From assembly GCA_965208675.1 (NCBI GenBank), contig OZ242351.1, positions 1,632,001 to 1,696,000 of the forward strand: DNA of 64,000 bases, read 5' to 3'. The first letter of the stretch is position 1. Every line of letters starts with the position of its first letter. Below the pieces are notes generated by a model, which did no database searches, was not told the DNA's origin, and saw only the letters and a program-made list of their open reading frames with translations. Made by a program: the position numbers and the translations under genes. This document shows positions 11,169 through 20,824 of this stretch, piece after piece. This DNA comes from Candidatus Poribacteria bacterium. GTDB taxonomy: Bacteria; Poribacteria; WGA-4E; PCPOR2b.

Positions 11169-12173
11169 TCAAAATTCGTCTAATTGAACAATTCGATGTT
11201 CATCGTAGGATTTTCGCGCCGCTAATGCCATCACAATTGACGCACGCCCGTCAACGCCCCCCACAAGCGGTTGTGTATCCTTCTGAATCGAAGTGATGAA
11301 TGCTTTCATTTCAGCTAAATATGACGCTTGGTATCGTTCGATGAAAAAGTATAACGGCTGTGCACTGTGAATCCCGCTTGTGTCGGCATGAATATGGGTA
11401 TCTGTCGTGTTGTTTTCAATGCGCATCATACCCGCGTCGCCGAATACCTCTAGCCGCTGATCGTACCCGTACACTGCCTGGTAACTGTTATCAATGGTTC
11501 CAATTGCGCCATTGGCAAATCGAATCGTGATGACTACCGTATCAAGATCGCCGGACGCCGTAAAATCCGAGTGAACTAACACTCCGCCTGTAGCGTAGAT
11601 TTCGACGGCCTCACTGCCCATGATGTACCGAGCCATATCAAAATCGTGAATTGACGTTTCCAAAAAAACGCCGCCCCATGTGCGCACGTAATCTGGCGAC
11701 GGCGGTTCAGGATCGCGGCTCGTGATGCGCAAGACATGGGGTGTACCGACTTTGCCCGCATTTACCATTTTCCACACCCGATGGAAGTTGACATCAAAGC
11801 GTCGATTAAAGCCAATCTGTAACTTCACTCCCGTTTTTTCAACCGCTGCCAATGCCAAATCGATTGCTTTAAGGTCAAATCCAATCGGCTTCTCACAGAA
11901 AATGTGCTTCGATGCTACAGCTGATTCTCGAATAATCTGTGGATGAGTTGGGGAGGGTGAACAGATGACTACCGCGTGAATTGTTGGGTCAGTTAGGATT
12001 TCTCCATAATCTGATAACGCACTCGGAATCCGGAACTGTTCGGCCGCCTCTTCTGCCGCCTGTACACGAGTGTCCGCCACAGCTACCACATCGGCATCAG
12101 GAATTTGGTGCGTGATATTTTCAAGGTGAATTCTGCTCATACGTCCGGCACCGATGACCCCAATTCTTAACAT
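11169..12173 (-). CDS. iolG: Inositol 2-dehydrogenase (Gfo/Idh/MocA family)
   Basis: GVIGAGRM, CEKP, GFNRRFD, ITSRDP, IHDFDM and YGYDQRLEVFG. Confidence 0.85.
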   Translation of the reverse strand: MLRIGVIGAGRMSRIHLENITHQIPDADVVAVADTRVQAAEEAAEQFRIPSALSDYGEILTDPTIHAVVICSPSPTHPQIIRESAVASKHIFCEKPIGFDLKAIDLALAAVEKTGVKLQIGFNRRFDVNFHRVWKMVNAGKVGTPHVLRITSRDPEPPSPDYVRTWGGVFLETSIHDFDMARYIMGSEAVEIYATGGVLVHSDFTASGDLDTVVITIRFANGAIGTIDNSYQAVYGYDQRLEVFGDAGMMRIENNTTDTHIHADTSGIHSAQPLYFFIERYQASYLAEMKAFITSIQKDTQPLVGGVDGRASIVMALAARKSYDEHRIVQLDEF

Positions 12174-12197
12174 TTAAAATCCTCCGCAACTCACATC

Positions 12198-12286
12198 GTA
12201 CGCGGGAAATCCTGCCCCGATACAATCGTCGAAAGCCGGGCATCATTCACCGCTAGACCCGCCGTAGGCGGGGCATCTTGCCCCGC
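12198..12286 (+). repeat. REP-like GTAG palindrome with a degenerate tandem copy
   Basis: GTAG-GCGGGGCA-TCT-TGCCCCGC at 12264-12286, and degenerate GTACGCGGGAAATCCTGCCCCG at 12198-12219. Confidence 0.55.
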
Positions 12287-12517
12287 ATTGCTAATGCAAT
12301 TTTGATAATTTTCTAACCATACTCACCTTGAAGATCTGTACAGCTTGCCAGCCAAAGCAAAAAGGGGTTTTTCGACAATAAGGCCGAATCAAGCGGGTTC
12401 TTTCGACATGAAAGTTCAAAATTGCGATAATGGCGTATACAACGGTTGTTTTTCAAGGCGGGTTTTACTCGGTGAGCTGAAGTTTGGGTGCAGGTAAGTC
12501 CTTATGCAGCAACGCTT

Positions 12518-13483
12518 TTAGAGATTTATCTGTTTCCCTTTTGCAAATGAATCACTTGCCGCCATCGTAAGGCGGGTGGTCTGAAGTGCATCGCTATAAG
12601 TTGAACGGATTTTGGAGGCATCTCCACTTTGAACGGCGTCAATAAAAACACGGTCTTCGCGCAGGTATCCATCTGAACTATTTTCCCATGTCTCAGTGCT
12701 GCCGGAGCGATTGATACTGACAGAACTTCCATTTACTTCGACGAATACATCGCGGCAAAAAACTTCAAGCTTTATCCGTCCCCAAGCTGGCAATATGCAC
12801 GCCGAAGTAATGTTCGCAACCGCACCGTTTGCAAATCCAATATTAACCACGCTCATGTCATCAATGTCGTAGTTGGGAATATCGCTCATGCTCCCCTTTG
12901 CGGCGAACCCGTGTACGGAAATGGCTTCGCTGCCGACAAGGTAACGGCAAAGATCGAAAATGTGCGTTGTCTGTTCAACGTGTTGACCCCCTGACTGCGC
13001 TCGCACCCGCCACCATCCAACCCCCGGCATGCCGCCCATCCAATAGCCCAATGCCCCAACGATTTGCTCGTCTTTTAGGGCGGATTGCGCCCGCTCTACA
13101 TTCCCTTGGTATCGCCAATGGTAACCGACGCTGGTAATAATCCCGCTTCTTTCGATGGCTTCGTGAATTTCAATCGCCTGCTCCAATCGTACGGCAATCG
13201 GTTTTTCGACAAAAAAGGGAATCCCCAAATCACAAGAAATCTGCTCCTGTTCGCCGTGCGCAAAGGGAGGCGTACAGATGTAAACCGCGTCAAGTTCTTC
13301 TTTGTCGAACATCTCTTTATAGTCGGTATAGGGTGTTGCTCCAAATTCCTCCGCTCTTCGCTCGGCTTGCTTCTCTAAAATGTCGCACATCGCGGTGAGT
13401 TGAACATCCTGGAATCCTGCTAGATTTTCCAGATGGCCGCCCGCCATATGCCCCACGCCGATTGCGCCGACTTTAACTTGCAC
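12518..13483 (-). CDS. Gfo/Idh/MocA family oxidoreductase
   Basis: Rossmann GAIGVG, CTPPFAH, VEKP and GGQHVEQTTHIFD. Confidence 0.9.
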   Translation of the reverse strand: MQVKVGAIGVGHMAGGHLENLAGFQDVQLTAMCDILEKQAERRAEEFGATPYTDYKEMFDKEELDAVYICTPPFAHGEQEQISCDLGIPFFVEKPIAVRLEQAIEIHEAIERSGIITSVGYHWRYQGNVERAQSALKDEQIVGALGYWMGGMPGVGWWRVRAQSGGQHVEQTTHIFDLCRYLVGSEAISVHGFAAKGSMSDIPNYDIDDMSVVNIGFANGAVANITSACILPAWGRIKLEVFCRDVFVEVNGSSVSINRSGSTETWENSSDGYLREDRVFIDAVQSGDASKIRSTYSDALQTTRLTMAASDSFAKGKQINL

Positions 13484-13487
13484 CCGC

Positions 13488-14285
13488 TTATTTCCTCCGC
13501 TGCAGCCACTGCTTCATGTATTGCGCCGATTTTAGCAACTCCACCTCACCTGGTCCAGGCACACTGCATTCAAGCACCATATGGTGTTGATAGTCAATCT
13601 TTCGTAACGCCTTAAAACCTGATTTGAAATCCGTATGACCGTAACCAGGAGGTTCACGAGTGCTGTCAGCCAAATGAACATGTTTTATGTAATCGCTGTT
13701 GGCTTTGATACTGTCTGCAATATTCCGTTCCTCAATGCTCATGTGGAAAAAGTCCGCCATAATTGCAACATTCGGGTTGTTTACTTGCTTGCAGATTTCA
13801 ACGCCGTCGGCCAGGGTTCGCATATAGTGAGTTTCGTAGCGATTCAGCGGTTCCAAGAGGATTATGGAACCAACCTCTTGGGCATACCCGCCAAGATCTT
13901 TTAGGAGGTGGACAAGCAACTCAGTCTCAAGCTGCCGCGCAGATTTGTAAGGGCTCAAATCCTGGATTCGCGGCGTGCCAAACGCGGGGACAACAACCAG
14001 TCCGATGGCGCCGATATTTGCAGCCGCCTTGAGTAATGTACGAATTCCTGCAACCGTTCTGCCGCGTTCATGCGGATCGCTGTCCAACAACATGCCTGGA
14101 TACCCTGCACAGACTGCGCTCGGTTTGACCGGGTGATTCTCCGTAGCCTTAATGATTTCATCTTGACGCTTCTCTAAATCGCCGCCGCCAAACTCAATGC
14201 CCTCATAGCCGTATGCCGCAAGATTATCTAGTTTTTCGGGAAGGTCTTTTCCCGGTACGAGCCCTTCTTGGCTTCCTAATTTCAC
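13488..14285 (-). CDS. Sugar phosphate isomerase/epimerase (xylose isomerase-like TIM barrel)
   Basis: LEPLNRYE, DFFHMSIEE, HVHLADS and PGYGHTDF. GTG 14285 overlaps the rsmD stop and follows GGAGG. Confidence 0.9.
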   Translation of the reverse strand: MKLGSQEGLVPGKDLPEKLDNLAAYGYEGIEFGGGDLEKRQDEIIKATENHPVKPSAVCAGYPGMLLDSDPHERGRTVAGIRTLLKAAANIGAIGLVVVPAFGTPRIQDLSPYKSARQLETELLVHLLKDLGGYAQEVGSIILLEPLNRYETHYMRTLADGVEICKQVNNPNVAIMADFFHMSIEERNIADSIKANSDYIKHVHLADSTREPPGYGHTDFKSGFKALRKIDYQHHMVLECSVPGPGEVELLKSAQYMKQWLQRRK

Positions 14286-14857
14286 TCGCTTTCCCTCCAT
14301 TCGAAAAATGATAGCACAGTATCGCCGTACGCTTCCTGTCTATTCACTATCAACCCTGTGGTTGACACCGTCGGCAGATTTAGTTCTTTGCTTCTTCGGT
14401 GTTCCGTAACGAGCCTCCCTGATCGAGAAAGTATTCGATTTTTAGCAACAAGTTCCAAGCAAGTGTTGTAGATATCGGCGTCATAAGGCGGGTCAAAGTA
14501 AATCAGATTGAATTCTGCTTGATGCCTTCCGAGGTAGTTCAGCCCTTTCTGGGCAGTCAGGTTGATGAGTTTTGCCTGTGGGTCGTTGCGGTAGATGCCG
14601 CACTGTTCCAGGTTGGCGGCAATCACCCGCATACAATGGTAATCGTGATCAATAAACGTTACCGATTTTGCTCCCCGGCTCAACGCTTCAATGCCGATGT
14701 TTCCTGTTCCTGCACAAAGATCTAGAAAATTAGCGCCGTTGACGCTTTCCCGAAGGATACTAAACAACGCACCTTTAACACGGTCCGAAGTCGGTCTTAT
14801 CTTTGCCCTTTTTACCGATAAACGCCTTCCCTTGAATGCTCCGGCGATGATTCTCAT
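14282..14857 (-). CDS. rsmD: 16S rRNA (guanine966-N2)-methyltransferase
   Basis: MRIIAG, RPTSDRVK, LDLCAGTG, EALSRGA and FDPPY. Confidence 0.93.
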   Translation of the reverse strand: MRIIAGAFKGRRLSVKRAKIRPTSDRVKGALFSILRESVNGANFLDLCAGTGNIGIEALSRGAKSVTFIDHDYHCMRVIAANLEQCGIYRNDPQAKLINLTAQKGLNYLGRHQAEFNLIYFDPPYDADIYNTCLELVAKNRILSRSGRLVTEHRRSKELNLPTVSTTGLIVNRQEAYGDTVLSFFEWRESE

Positions 14858-14911
14858 AGTGAGGACCTTGATGGCGATTTCAGGTTTTCAACGTGTAGCA
14901 AATATAGGCAG

Positions 14912-14940
14912 ATTATACTATAGCTAACCTTACACGTCAA
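14912..14940 (-). promoter_or_regulatory. Sigma-70-type promoter of the rsmD operon
   Basis: TTGACG-17 bp-TATAAT on the minus strand. Confidence 0.7.
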
Positions 14941-15047
14941 CCCAAAATACTTGAGCTTTAACACATACCAATCGAGGTTGCAGACCGCCGTCGTTGAAGA
15001 GATATTAACAAGGGATTTGTAATGATTCGCCATTAATCACCTGAGAT

Positions 15048-16052
15048 TCAATTCCACGGCAGCGGTACATCCAACCGCTGGATTACTGCGCGCGCCGAAT
15101 CTTGCTCCACGTTGCCGTAGCGGATACCTTCACGCCGATGTGTCTGGAAACGCTCTTCCTCAATGGCGCCGGGAAGCAGCGCGCGCTCGGTGCCGGGCAT
15201 CGGTTCATAAGTTTCCCGCACATCACGCACGTACCTATCCACTTCCGTGTGGAAAACCGCCTCGGGAACGACGGTATCCACATGGATGGCAAGCACCATT
15301 CCGCCAAGTTGGGCATCCCGCCAATGTTGCACATTTGAATTAGCAGGAGGAATCGTAAAGCCCGTTAAACCGCCGCCGAGTAAACTCGCCACAGCGACGT
15401 AGCCGATACTCTTGAAAAATGCAGCGGGAATTTTAGAGAGCAGCTCATCAAACTCGGCGCCGCGCTGGTAATCCGCTAGGATACACGCCGCTGCGTCAAG
15501 CACCAGTGGCGGTTCGTCCGCCGAGGGTATGGCAAAGCAGATTGGCGGGTTACCGATATAGCCAAGCTGGGGCTTTACTTCCTGTCCACCTGCGTTCCCG
15601 TGATCTTGGTACCCCTGCACCGAAAAACCGATGCATCCCTCATCCATACACATTCGCGCGTAATGCCCCGCTGATCCGTAGTGGCCTATGTGCCGCACCA
15701 GCCCCATTCCGATGCCGACTTTCTTCGCCTTAACAATTGCCTTTTCGGTAGCACGAACCATCGGAAGATAACCCAGTGTTCCATCGCCGTGTAAAACCAC
15801 AGCGGTTGGAGTCTCGTGGAGAAGGCGAACGTCGGGTTCAGGATTAATGTGCCCATTCTCGAAACTACTGCAGTATCCATTGACCAACCGCGTCCCATGA
15901 CTGCGCACGCCGCGGAGATCGGAATTTACGAGCAATCGGCTAATCAAAGCCGCATGATTTTTGTCCAGTCCAACCTTCTCAAAACAAGCCGTGGAAAAGG
16001 CAAGGAGATTGTCTTCCTGAACTCGAATGAAAGTTTCTGGCGGTTGATTCAT
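15048..16052 (-). CDS. Ldh_2 family (malate/L-lactate/sulfolactate-type) oxidoreductase
   Basis: SDLRGVRSHG, GHYGSAGHY, GNPPICFAIP and LLPG. Confidence 0.85.
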   Translation of the reverse strand: MNQPPETFIRVQEDNLLAFSTACFEKVGLDKNHAALISRLLVNSDLRGVRSHGTRLVNGYCSSFENGHINPEPDVRLLHETPTAVVLHGDGTLGYLPMVRATEKAIVKAKKVGIGMGLVRHIGHYGSAGHYARMCMDEGCIGFSVQGYQDHGNAGGQEVKPQLGYIGNPPICFAIPSADEPPLVLDAAACILADYQRGAEFDELLSKIPAAFFKSIGYVAVASLLGGGLTGFTIPPANSNVQHWRDAQLGGMVLAIHVDTVVPEAVFHTEVDRYVRDVRETYEPMPGTERALLPGAIEEERFQTHRREGIRYGNVEQDSARAVIQRLDVPLPWN

Positions 16053-16292
16053 TGATGCTACCTCTTAAAGTAAAGGGTGAAATAAAACCTTGCGGCATGT
16101 ACAACGGTGTGACCAGTATGGGTGGTGTATCACAGCGGCTGGGTAAAGCGTTACCTTGGGCACGGTAACAGAGACGCTATCTGCACTTTGCTCAAAATGA
16201 AGCGCAATCTAATCTGGCTCAACCGAAATTGCCGACGACCTTAATTCCCCCATTGCGGAGTTGCGCCCTCCGCCGCAGCTATTTCCGTTTCA

Positions 16293-17438
16293 CTAAGGCC
16301 CTTCCTCATAAAACTCGCGCAAGCGCCGCTTGGGCAATTCTCGGTACGGACGGTGCGCTAATGCTGCTTCGTCCAATTCAAGTCCGAGACCGGCACCTGT
16401 TGGGAGTTGGACATAACCGTCCTTAACTTTAATGGGATTGACCGAAATCTCATCACCGCAAACCGTGAAGTTGACAAAATATTCAGTAATCAGGAAGTTG
16501 GGCATTACAGCACACGCTTGTAGTGTTGCAGCGAGTCCTACCGTTGTGCTGTTGTAATTGTGCGGCGCCATCGTAACTAAATACGGCTCAGCCATCGCCG
16601 CGATTTCTTTAAGTTCTAATATACCTCCGCAGTTGCAAACATCGGGATTGAGGATGTCGGCTGCATTTTTCTCGAAGACCTCTCGAAACTCCCCTTTCGT
16701 GTAGAGTTCTGCACCGGTCACAACGGGCAGGTTTACAGCGCGTCGGACTTCGGCTAGTGCATTAACGCTTCGCGCAGAGACTGGCTCTTCATACCAAAAC
16801 GGGTTGAATTCCTCCAGTACACGGGCGAGGCGGATGGCGTGCATCGGGGCGAGCCGGCGGTGTACCTCGATTAGCAGCTCCACATCCGGCCCCACGGCGT
16901 CTCGTACAGCGCGAACGCATTCGACAGCCGCGGCTTCATCTTCACGGCTGAGATGCGTCCGCCAAGCGCCTGGAAACGGATCGAATTTCATGGCGTTGAA
17001 CCCCTGTTCTACCAATCGTGCAGCACGTTCAGCGTTCGCCTCAATCGTTCGCCCGCTCCACCCGTTGGCGTAAACTCGAATCTTGTCCCGGCATGCCCCG
17101 CCCAGCAGGTTGTAGACGGGCGTGTTCAACGCTTTGCCTACAATGTCCCAGAGTGCTTGCTCGATACCGCTGATTGCGCAGTAGAGGTCCATGGCCCCCC
17201 GCTTATTCGCGAAGTCGTGATATGCCATGAAAGTAAAATGCTTGATGTTGAAAGGACTCCGCGCAATAAGGTAACGTGAAAGCTCCTGAACGTAGATTTC
17301 GATCGCCCGATCTCGGTCAGACTGCGTGTAACATTCACCCCATCCAAAAATCCCTTCGTCGGTCTCCACCTTTACAAATAGCCAGTTTTTCTCCTGCCCA
17401 GGGTGTACGAGAAATGTCCGGACTTTTGTTATCTTCAT
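16293..17438 (-). CDS. Mandelate racemase/enolase-family dehydratase (galactonate dehydratase-like)
   Basis: FVKVETDEG, ISGIEQALWDI, VYANGW, KFDPF, WYEEP and APHN. Confidence 0.88.
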   Translation of the reverse strand: MKITKVRTFLVHPGQEKNWLFVKVETDEGIFGWGECYTQSDRDRAIEIYVQELSRYLIARSPFNIKHFTFMAYHDFANKRGAMDLYCAISGIEQALWDIVGKALNTPVYNLLGGACRDKIRVYANGWSGRTIEANAERAARLVEQGFNAMKFDPFPGAWRTHLSREDEAAAVECVRAVRDAVGPDVELLIEVHRRLAPMHAIRLARVLEEFNPFWYEEPVSARSVNALAEVRRAVNLPVVTGAELYTKGEFREVFEKNAADILNPDVCNCGGILELKEIAAMAEPYLVTMAPHNYNSTTVGLAATLQACAVMPNFLITEYFVNFTVCGDEISVNPIKVKDGYVQLPTGAGLGLELDEAALAHRPYRELPKRRLREFYEEGP

Positions 17439-17471
17439 CTCGCGCCTCTTTCTATGCCGATGATAGGCGTT

Positions 17472-17500
17472 ATTTTAGCAAATTTTCTACCCTGTAGCAA
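17472..17500 (-). promoter_or_regulatory. Sigma-70-type promoter of the dehydratase gene
   Basis: TTGCTA-17 bp-TAAAAT with an extended -10 TG, minus strand. Confidence 0.55.
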
Positions 17501-17534
17501 GAGCAACCGCGGTTTCCTTCACAGCAGTTTTCGC

Positions 17535-17563
17535 TTGATTTAGTAAGGTGTTCATGATAAGAT
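17535..17563 (+). promoter_or_regulatory. Divergent sigma-70-type promoter of the MazG-like gene
   Basis: TTGATT-17 bp-TAAGAT with an extended -10 TG. Confidence 0.5.
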
Positions 17564-17639
17564 GAAACGTATTCAAAAGGCCAATTCACAACGACAAATT
17601 GTAGCGAGACCAATCAATTTTTTCAGGTAGAAGCAGAAC

Positions 17640-17975
17640 ATGAAACACAACAAATTGGTGAGAGACAAAATTCCCGATATCATCCGGGGAAATGGCGACA
17701 AGCCCGTAACCCGTAAATTGGATGCCAATTCGTTCAAACGCGAGTTATGGAGGAAGTTACAAGAAGAAATTGCAGAATTCTTGGAATCACAAAAAGTAGA
17801 GGAACTGGTTGACATCCTCGAAGTCGTGTATACCTTAGCTAGTCTTGAAGGCATCTGCTCATCCCAACTAGAGGAAATGAGAAAGCAGAAACGAGGCGAA
17901 AACGGCGGATTTGATAATCAGATTTTTCTTGTGGAAACGAATTTAGCACAGGACACGCAGCATGTTGTTGCTTAA
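17640..17975 (+). CDS. Nucleoside triphosphate pyrophosphohydrolase (MazG/PRA-PH-like)
   Basis: NKLVRDKIPDII, KLQEEIAEF, EELVDILEV and KRGENGGF. Confidence 0.88.
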   Translation: MKHNKLVRDKIPDIIRGNGDKPVTRKLDANSFKRELWRKLQEEIAEFLESQKVEELVDILEVVYTLASLEGICSSQLEEMRKQKRGENGGFDNQIFLVETNLAQDTQHVVA

Positions 17976-18259
17976 CCATTTTCGCAGATGGACTTAATCT
18001 ACAGATTGGGAAGGTTAAATGCCTGGATCGTTCAAAATCGGGCATTTCAAGCGTTTCCAACGGTATCACATTCGTATGCGGAAAACGGGAAAACCGCAAA
18101 CTCCGTACCAAGACAGGCGGCAAATTCAGGGCAAAATGTATGCGCTGACTTTGCTAATTAAGAGGAAGTATTTTTTAGACTTCGTTTTGCCAAAAGTGTT
18201 GAGTGGGTTTATTCTTCTTGATTCGATTTCTCAGTCGCAAGATATAGGACAATTCCAAA

Positions 18260-18997
18260 ATGAAATCCATAGGGGTTATTCCCGCACGCTACGCGTCAAG
18301 TCGGTTCGAAGGTAAGGCGCTGGCGGACATTTTTGGCAAGCCGATGGTGCAGCACGTGTATGAACGGGCGTCGCGTGCAAAGACGCTGAACGGGGTCATT
18401 GTCGCAACCGACGATAAGCGCATTTACGATGCAGTCGCTGGCTTCGGCGGAGAGGTCCTCATGACCGCACCGAATTGCCCCACTGGAACAGAGCGGGTTG
18501 CCATGGTTGCGGAAATGCTGGATTGCGATGTCGTCGCCAACATTCAAGGCGATGAGCCGCTGCTTGAGCCAGCCATGATTGACCAACTCATCCAACCCTT
18601 TCTAGATAATCCCGCCGTAGAAGTGAGTACGCTGAAACAGAGAGTTGAAAATGAAGCCGATTACCGGGATCCCAACGTTGTAAAACTTGTAACAAGCCTT
18701 GATGGATTCGCGCTTTATTTTTCGCGAGGTGCTGTCCCCGGTAATCTGTCGAATAAATGGATACAAACCAACCCAATTTTTCGGCATGTGGGGCTTTACG
18801 CCTACCGCCGGAAAACGCTCCTCTCGTTCACAAAATGGGATCGGACGCCGTGTGAAATCTCGGAAGGATTGGAACAGTTGCGCTTTCTTGAACACAGTGT
18901 ACGCATTCGTGTTGTCGAAACGGAATATCCCACGATTGGCGTTGATACACCGGCCGATCTAGAGCGTGTAATTTCAATCTTGAAATCGTGCAAGTAA
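18260..18997 (+). CDS. kdsB: 3-deoxy-manno-octulosonate cytidylyltransferase
   Basis: IPARYASSRFEGK, NIQGDEP, ALYFSR, HVGLYAY and LEQLR. Confidence 0.95.
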   Translation: MKSIGVIPARYASSRFEGKALADIFGKPMVQHVYERASRAKTLNGVIVATDDKRIYDAVAGFGGEVLMTAPNCPTGTERVAMVAEMLDCDVVANIQGDEPLLEPAMIDQLIQPFLDNPAVEVSTLKQRVENEADYRDPNVVKLVTSLDGFALYFSRGAVPGNLSNKWIQTNPIFRHVGLYAYRRKTLLSFTKWDRTPCEISEGLEQLRFLEHSVRIRVVETEYPTIGVDTPADLERVISILKSCK

Positions 18998-19138
18998 ATC
19001 ACGTAATTAGCATTACTTAAATATCTGTGTTGTGCAGTTTGACCGAGTAAAATGGACTAATGAGAGTAGGTATTTTTTTGAGTGTTGGGTAAACGGAAGG
19101 AAAGGCTCAAAAACGGACAAGGGAAAGAGGTTAATGAA

Positions 19139-20746
19139 ATGGCAAGACATATTTTTGTTACTGGTGGCGTAATTTCCGGCATCGGAAAAGGAATTACAAC
19201 CGCATCTCTTGGACGCCTACTCATCAATCGCGGGTTCAAGGTTATGGCAATTAAAATTGACCCGTACCTTAATTTAGATGCCGGTACAATGAATCCGTTT
19301 GAACATGGTGAAGTGTTTGTGACGCGGGACGGTGCGGAAACCGATCTCGATCTCGGCAATTACGAGAGATTCACGGGAATTGACCTCAATCAAAACTCTT
19401 ATATTACCTCCGGCTCGGTATATAGCGAGGTGATTGCGAAAGAACGCCGCGGCGATTATCTCGGAAAAACCGTGCAACTGATTCCGCATCTCACTGATGA
19501 GATTAAGGGACGCATATATCAGCTGGGGCGTGACAACGACGCGGAAGTGATTATTACGGAGATTGGCGGAACCATCGGAGATTTTGAGACACCTCCGTTT
19601 GTAGAAGCTATTCGACAGATGGCGGTAGAGGTTGGCCGCGAGAATACGCTGTTCATTCATGTGTCGCTAATCTATACCCTTCCCAACGGCGAAAGCAAGA
19701 GCAAACCGACCCAACACAGCATCCGAACGTTGCAAGAGTACGGTATCCAACCCGATCTCCTAATTTGCCGCACAAGTCACCCCATAGAAGAGGGAATGCG
19801 AAAGAAAATTTCGCTCCTCTGTGGACTTCAGGAGGAGTACATCGTTGAAGGCCTCGACACCAATTTAGTCGATGAGATTCCGCTGAACTTTGAACGGCAA
19901 GGTATGGCGCATTTGGTGATAAAAAAATTACGGCTGGAAGATCGGCCGCCAATAAATACCGAGTGGGCAATGATGGTTGAAAAACTGAGATCCCCAAAAC
20001 AAAGCACCCGAATCGCAATCGTGGGCAAGTACGTGAAAGGTTCAGATACCTACCTCAGTGTACAAGAAGCGCTCAAGCACGGGGGAATTGCCAATGAGTC
20101 CGCCGTAAATATCAAGTGGATTGACTCTGAGACGCTAATTGATAACCAAAACTTCGCCGAACAATTCCAGGGAATCGACGGCATTCTCGTCCCCGGAGGG
20201 TTTGGTGTGCGAGGCATTGAAGGCATGATTATTGCCATTCGCTACGCCCATGAGAATAACATCCCCTTTTTCGGACTATGCCTCGGCATGCAGTGCATGG
20301 TGATCGAGTTTGCGCGGCATGTTGCGAATCTGAAGAACGCAAATAGTTCTGAATTTGATCCGGAAACGCCCCACCCCGTTATCGATTTGATGCTAGATCA
20401 GCAAGACAAATCCAATCTTGGCGGTACCATGCGGTTAGGGCTCTACCCGTGCGTCCTGAAGATGAACACCAAGAGCTATGCAGCCTACGGCCAACCGATC
20501 ATTCTTGAACGGCATCGCCATCGATACGAGCTGAATAATCGGTATCGGGATCAACTTGAATCAGAGGGGCTGTGTCTGAGCGGCTTATCTCCCGACGATA
20601 GCCTCGTTGAAATTGCTGAAGTCGCCGACCACCCTTGGATGGTCGGTTCCCAGTTTCACCCTGAATTTCAGTCCAAACCGCTGGTTCCCCACCCACTGTT
20701 TCGTGATTTCATTCAAGCCGCCTTACAGTATCAACAGGGTCGATAG
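19139..20746 (+). CDS. pyrG: CTP synthase
   Basis: IFVTGGVISGIGKG, DPYLNLDAGTMNPFEHGEVFV, GLCLGMQ, ERHRHRYE and QFHPEF. Start moved to ATG 19139. Confidence 0.97.
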   Translation: MARHIFVTGGVISGIGKGITTASLGRLLINRGFKVMAIKIDPYLNLDAGTMNPFEHGEVFVTRDGAETDLDLGNYERFTGIDLNQNSYITSGSVYSEVIAKERRGDYLGKTVQLIPHLTDEIKGRIYQLGRDNDAEVIITEIGGTIGDFETPPFVEAIRQMAVEVGRENTLFIHVSLIYTLPNGESKSKPTQHSIRTLQEYGIQPDLLICRTSHPIEEGMRKKISLLCGLQEEYIVEGLDTNLVDEIPLNFERQGMAHLVIKKLRLEDRPPINTEWAMMVEKLRSPKQSTRIAIVGKYVKGSDTYLSVQEALKHGGIANESAVNIKWIDSETLIDNQNFAEQFQGIDGILVPGGFGVRGIEGMIIAIRYAHENNIPFFGLCLGMQCMVIEFARHVANLKNANSSEFDPETPHPVIDLMLDQQDKSNLGGTMRLGLYPCVLKMNTKSYAAYGQPIILERHRHRYELNNRYRDQLESEGLCLSGLSPDDSLVEIAEVADHPWMVGSQFHPEFQSKPLVPHPLFRDFIQAALQYQQGR

Positions 20747-20824
20747 TTTAAAATTAGCGGCCCCGTTAGACAACCTACACCCAAGCATGCGCCGTACCAG
20801 ATGAATCTTGGGAAATGAGGATAT

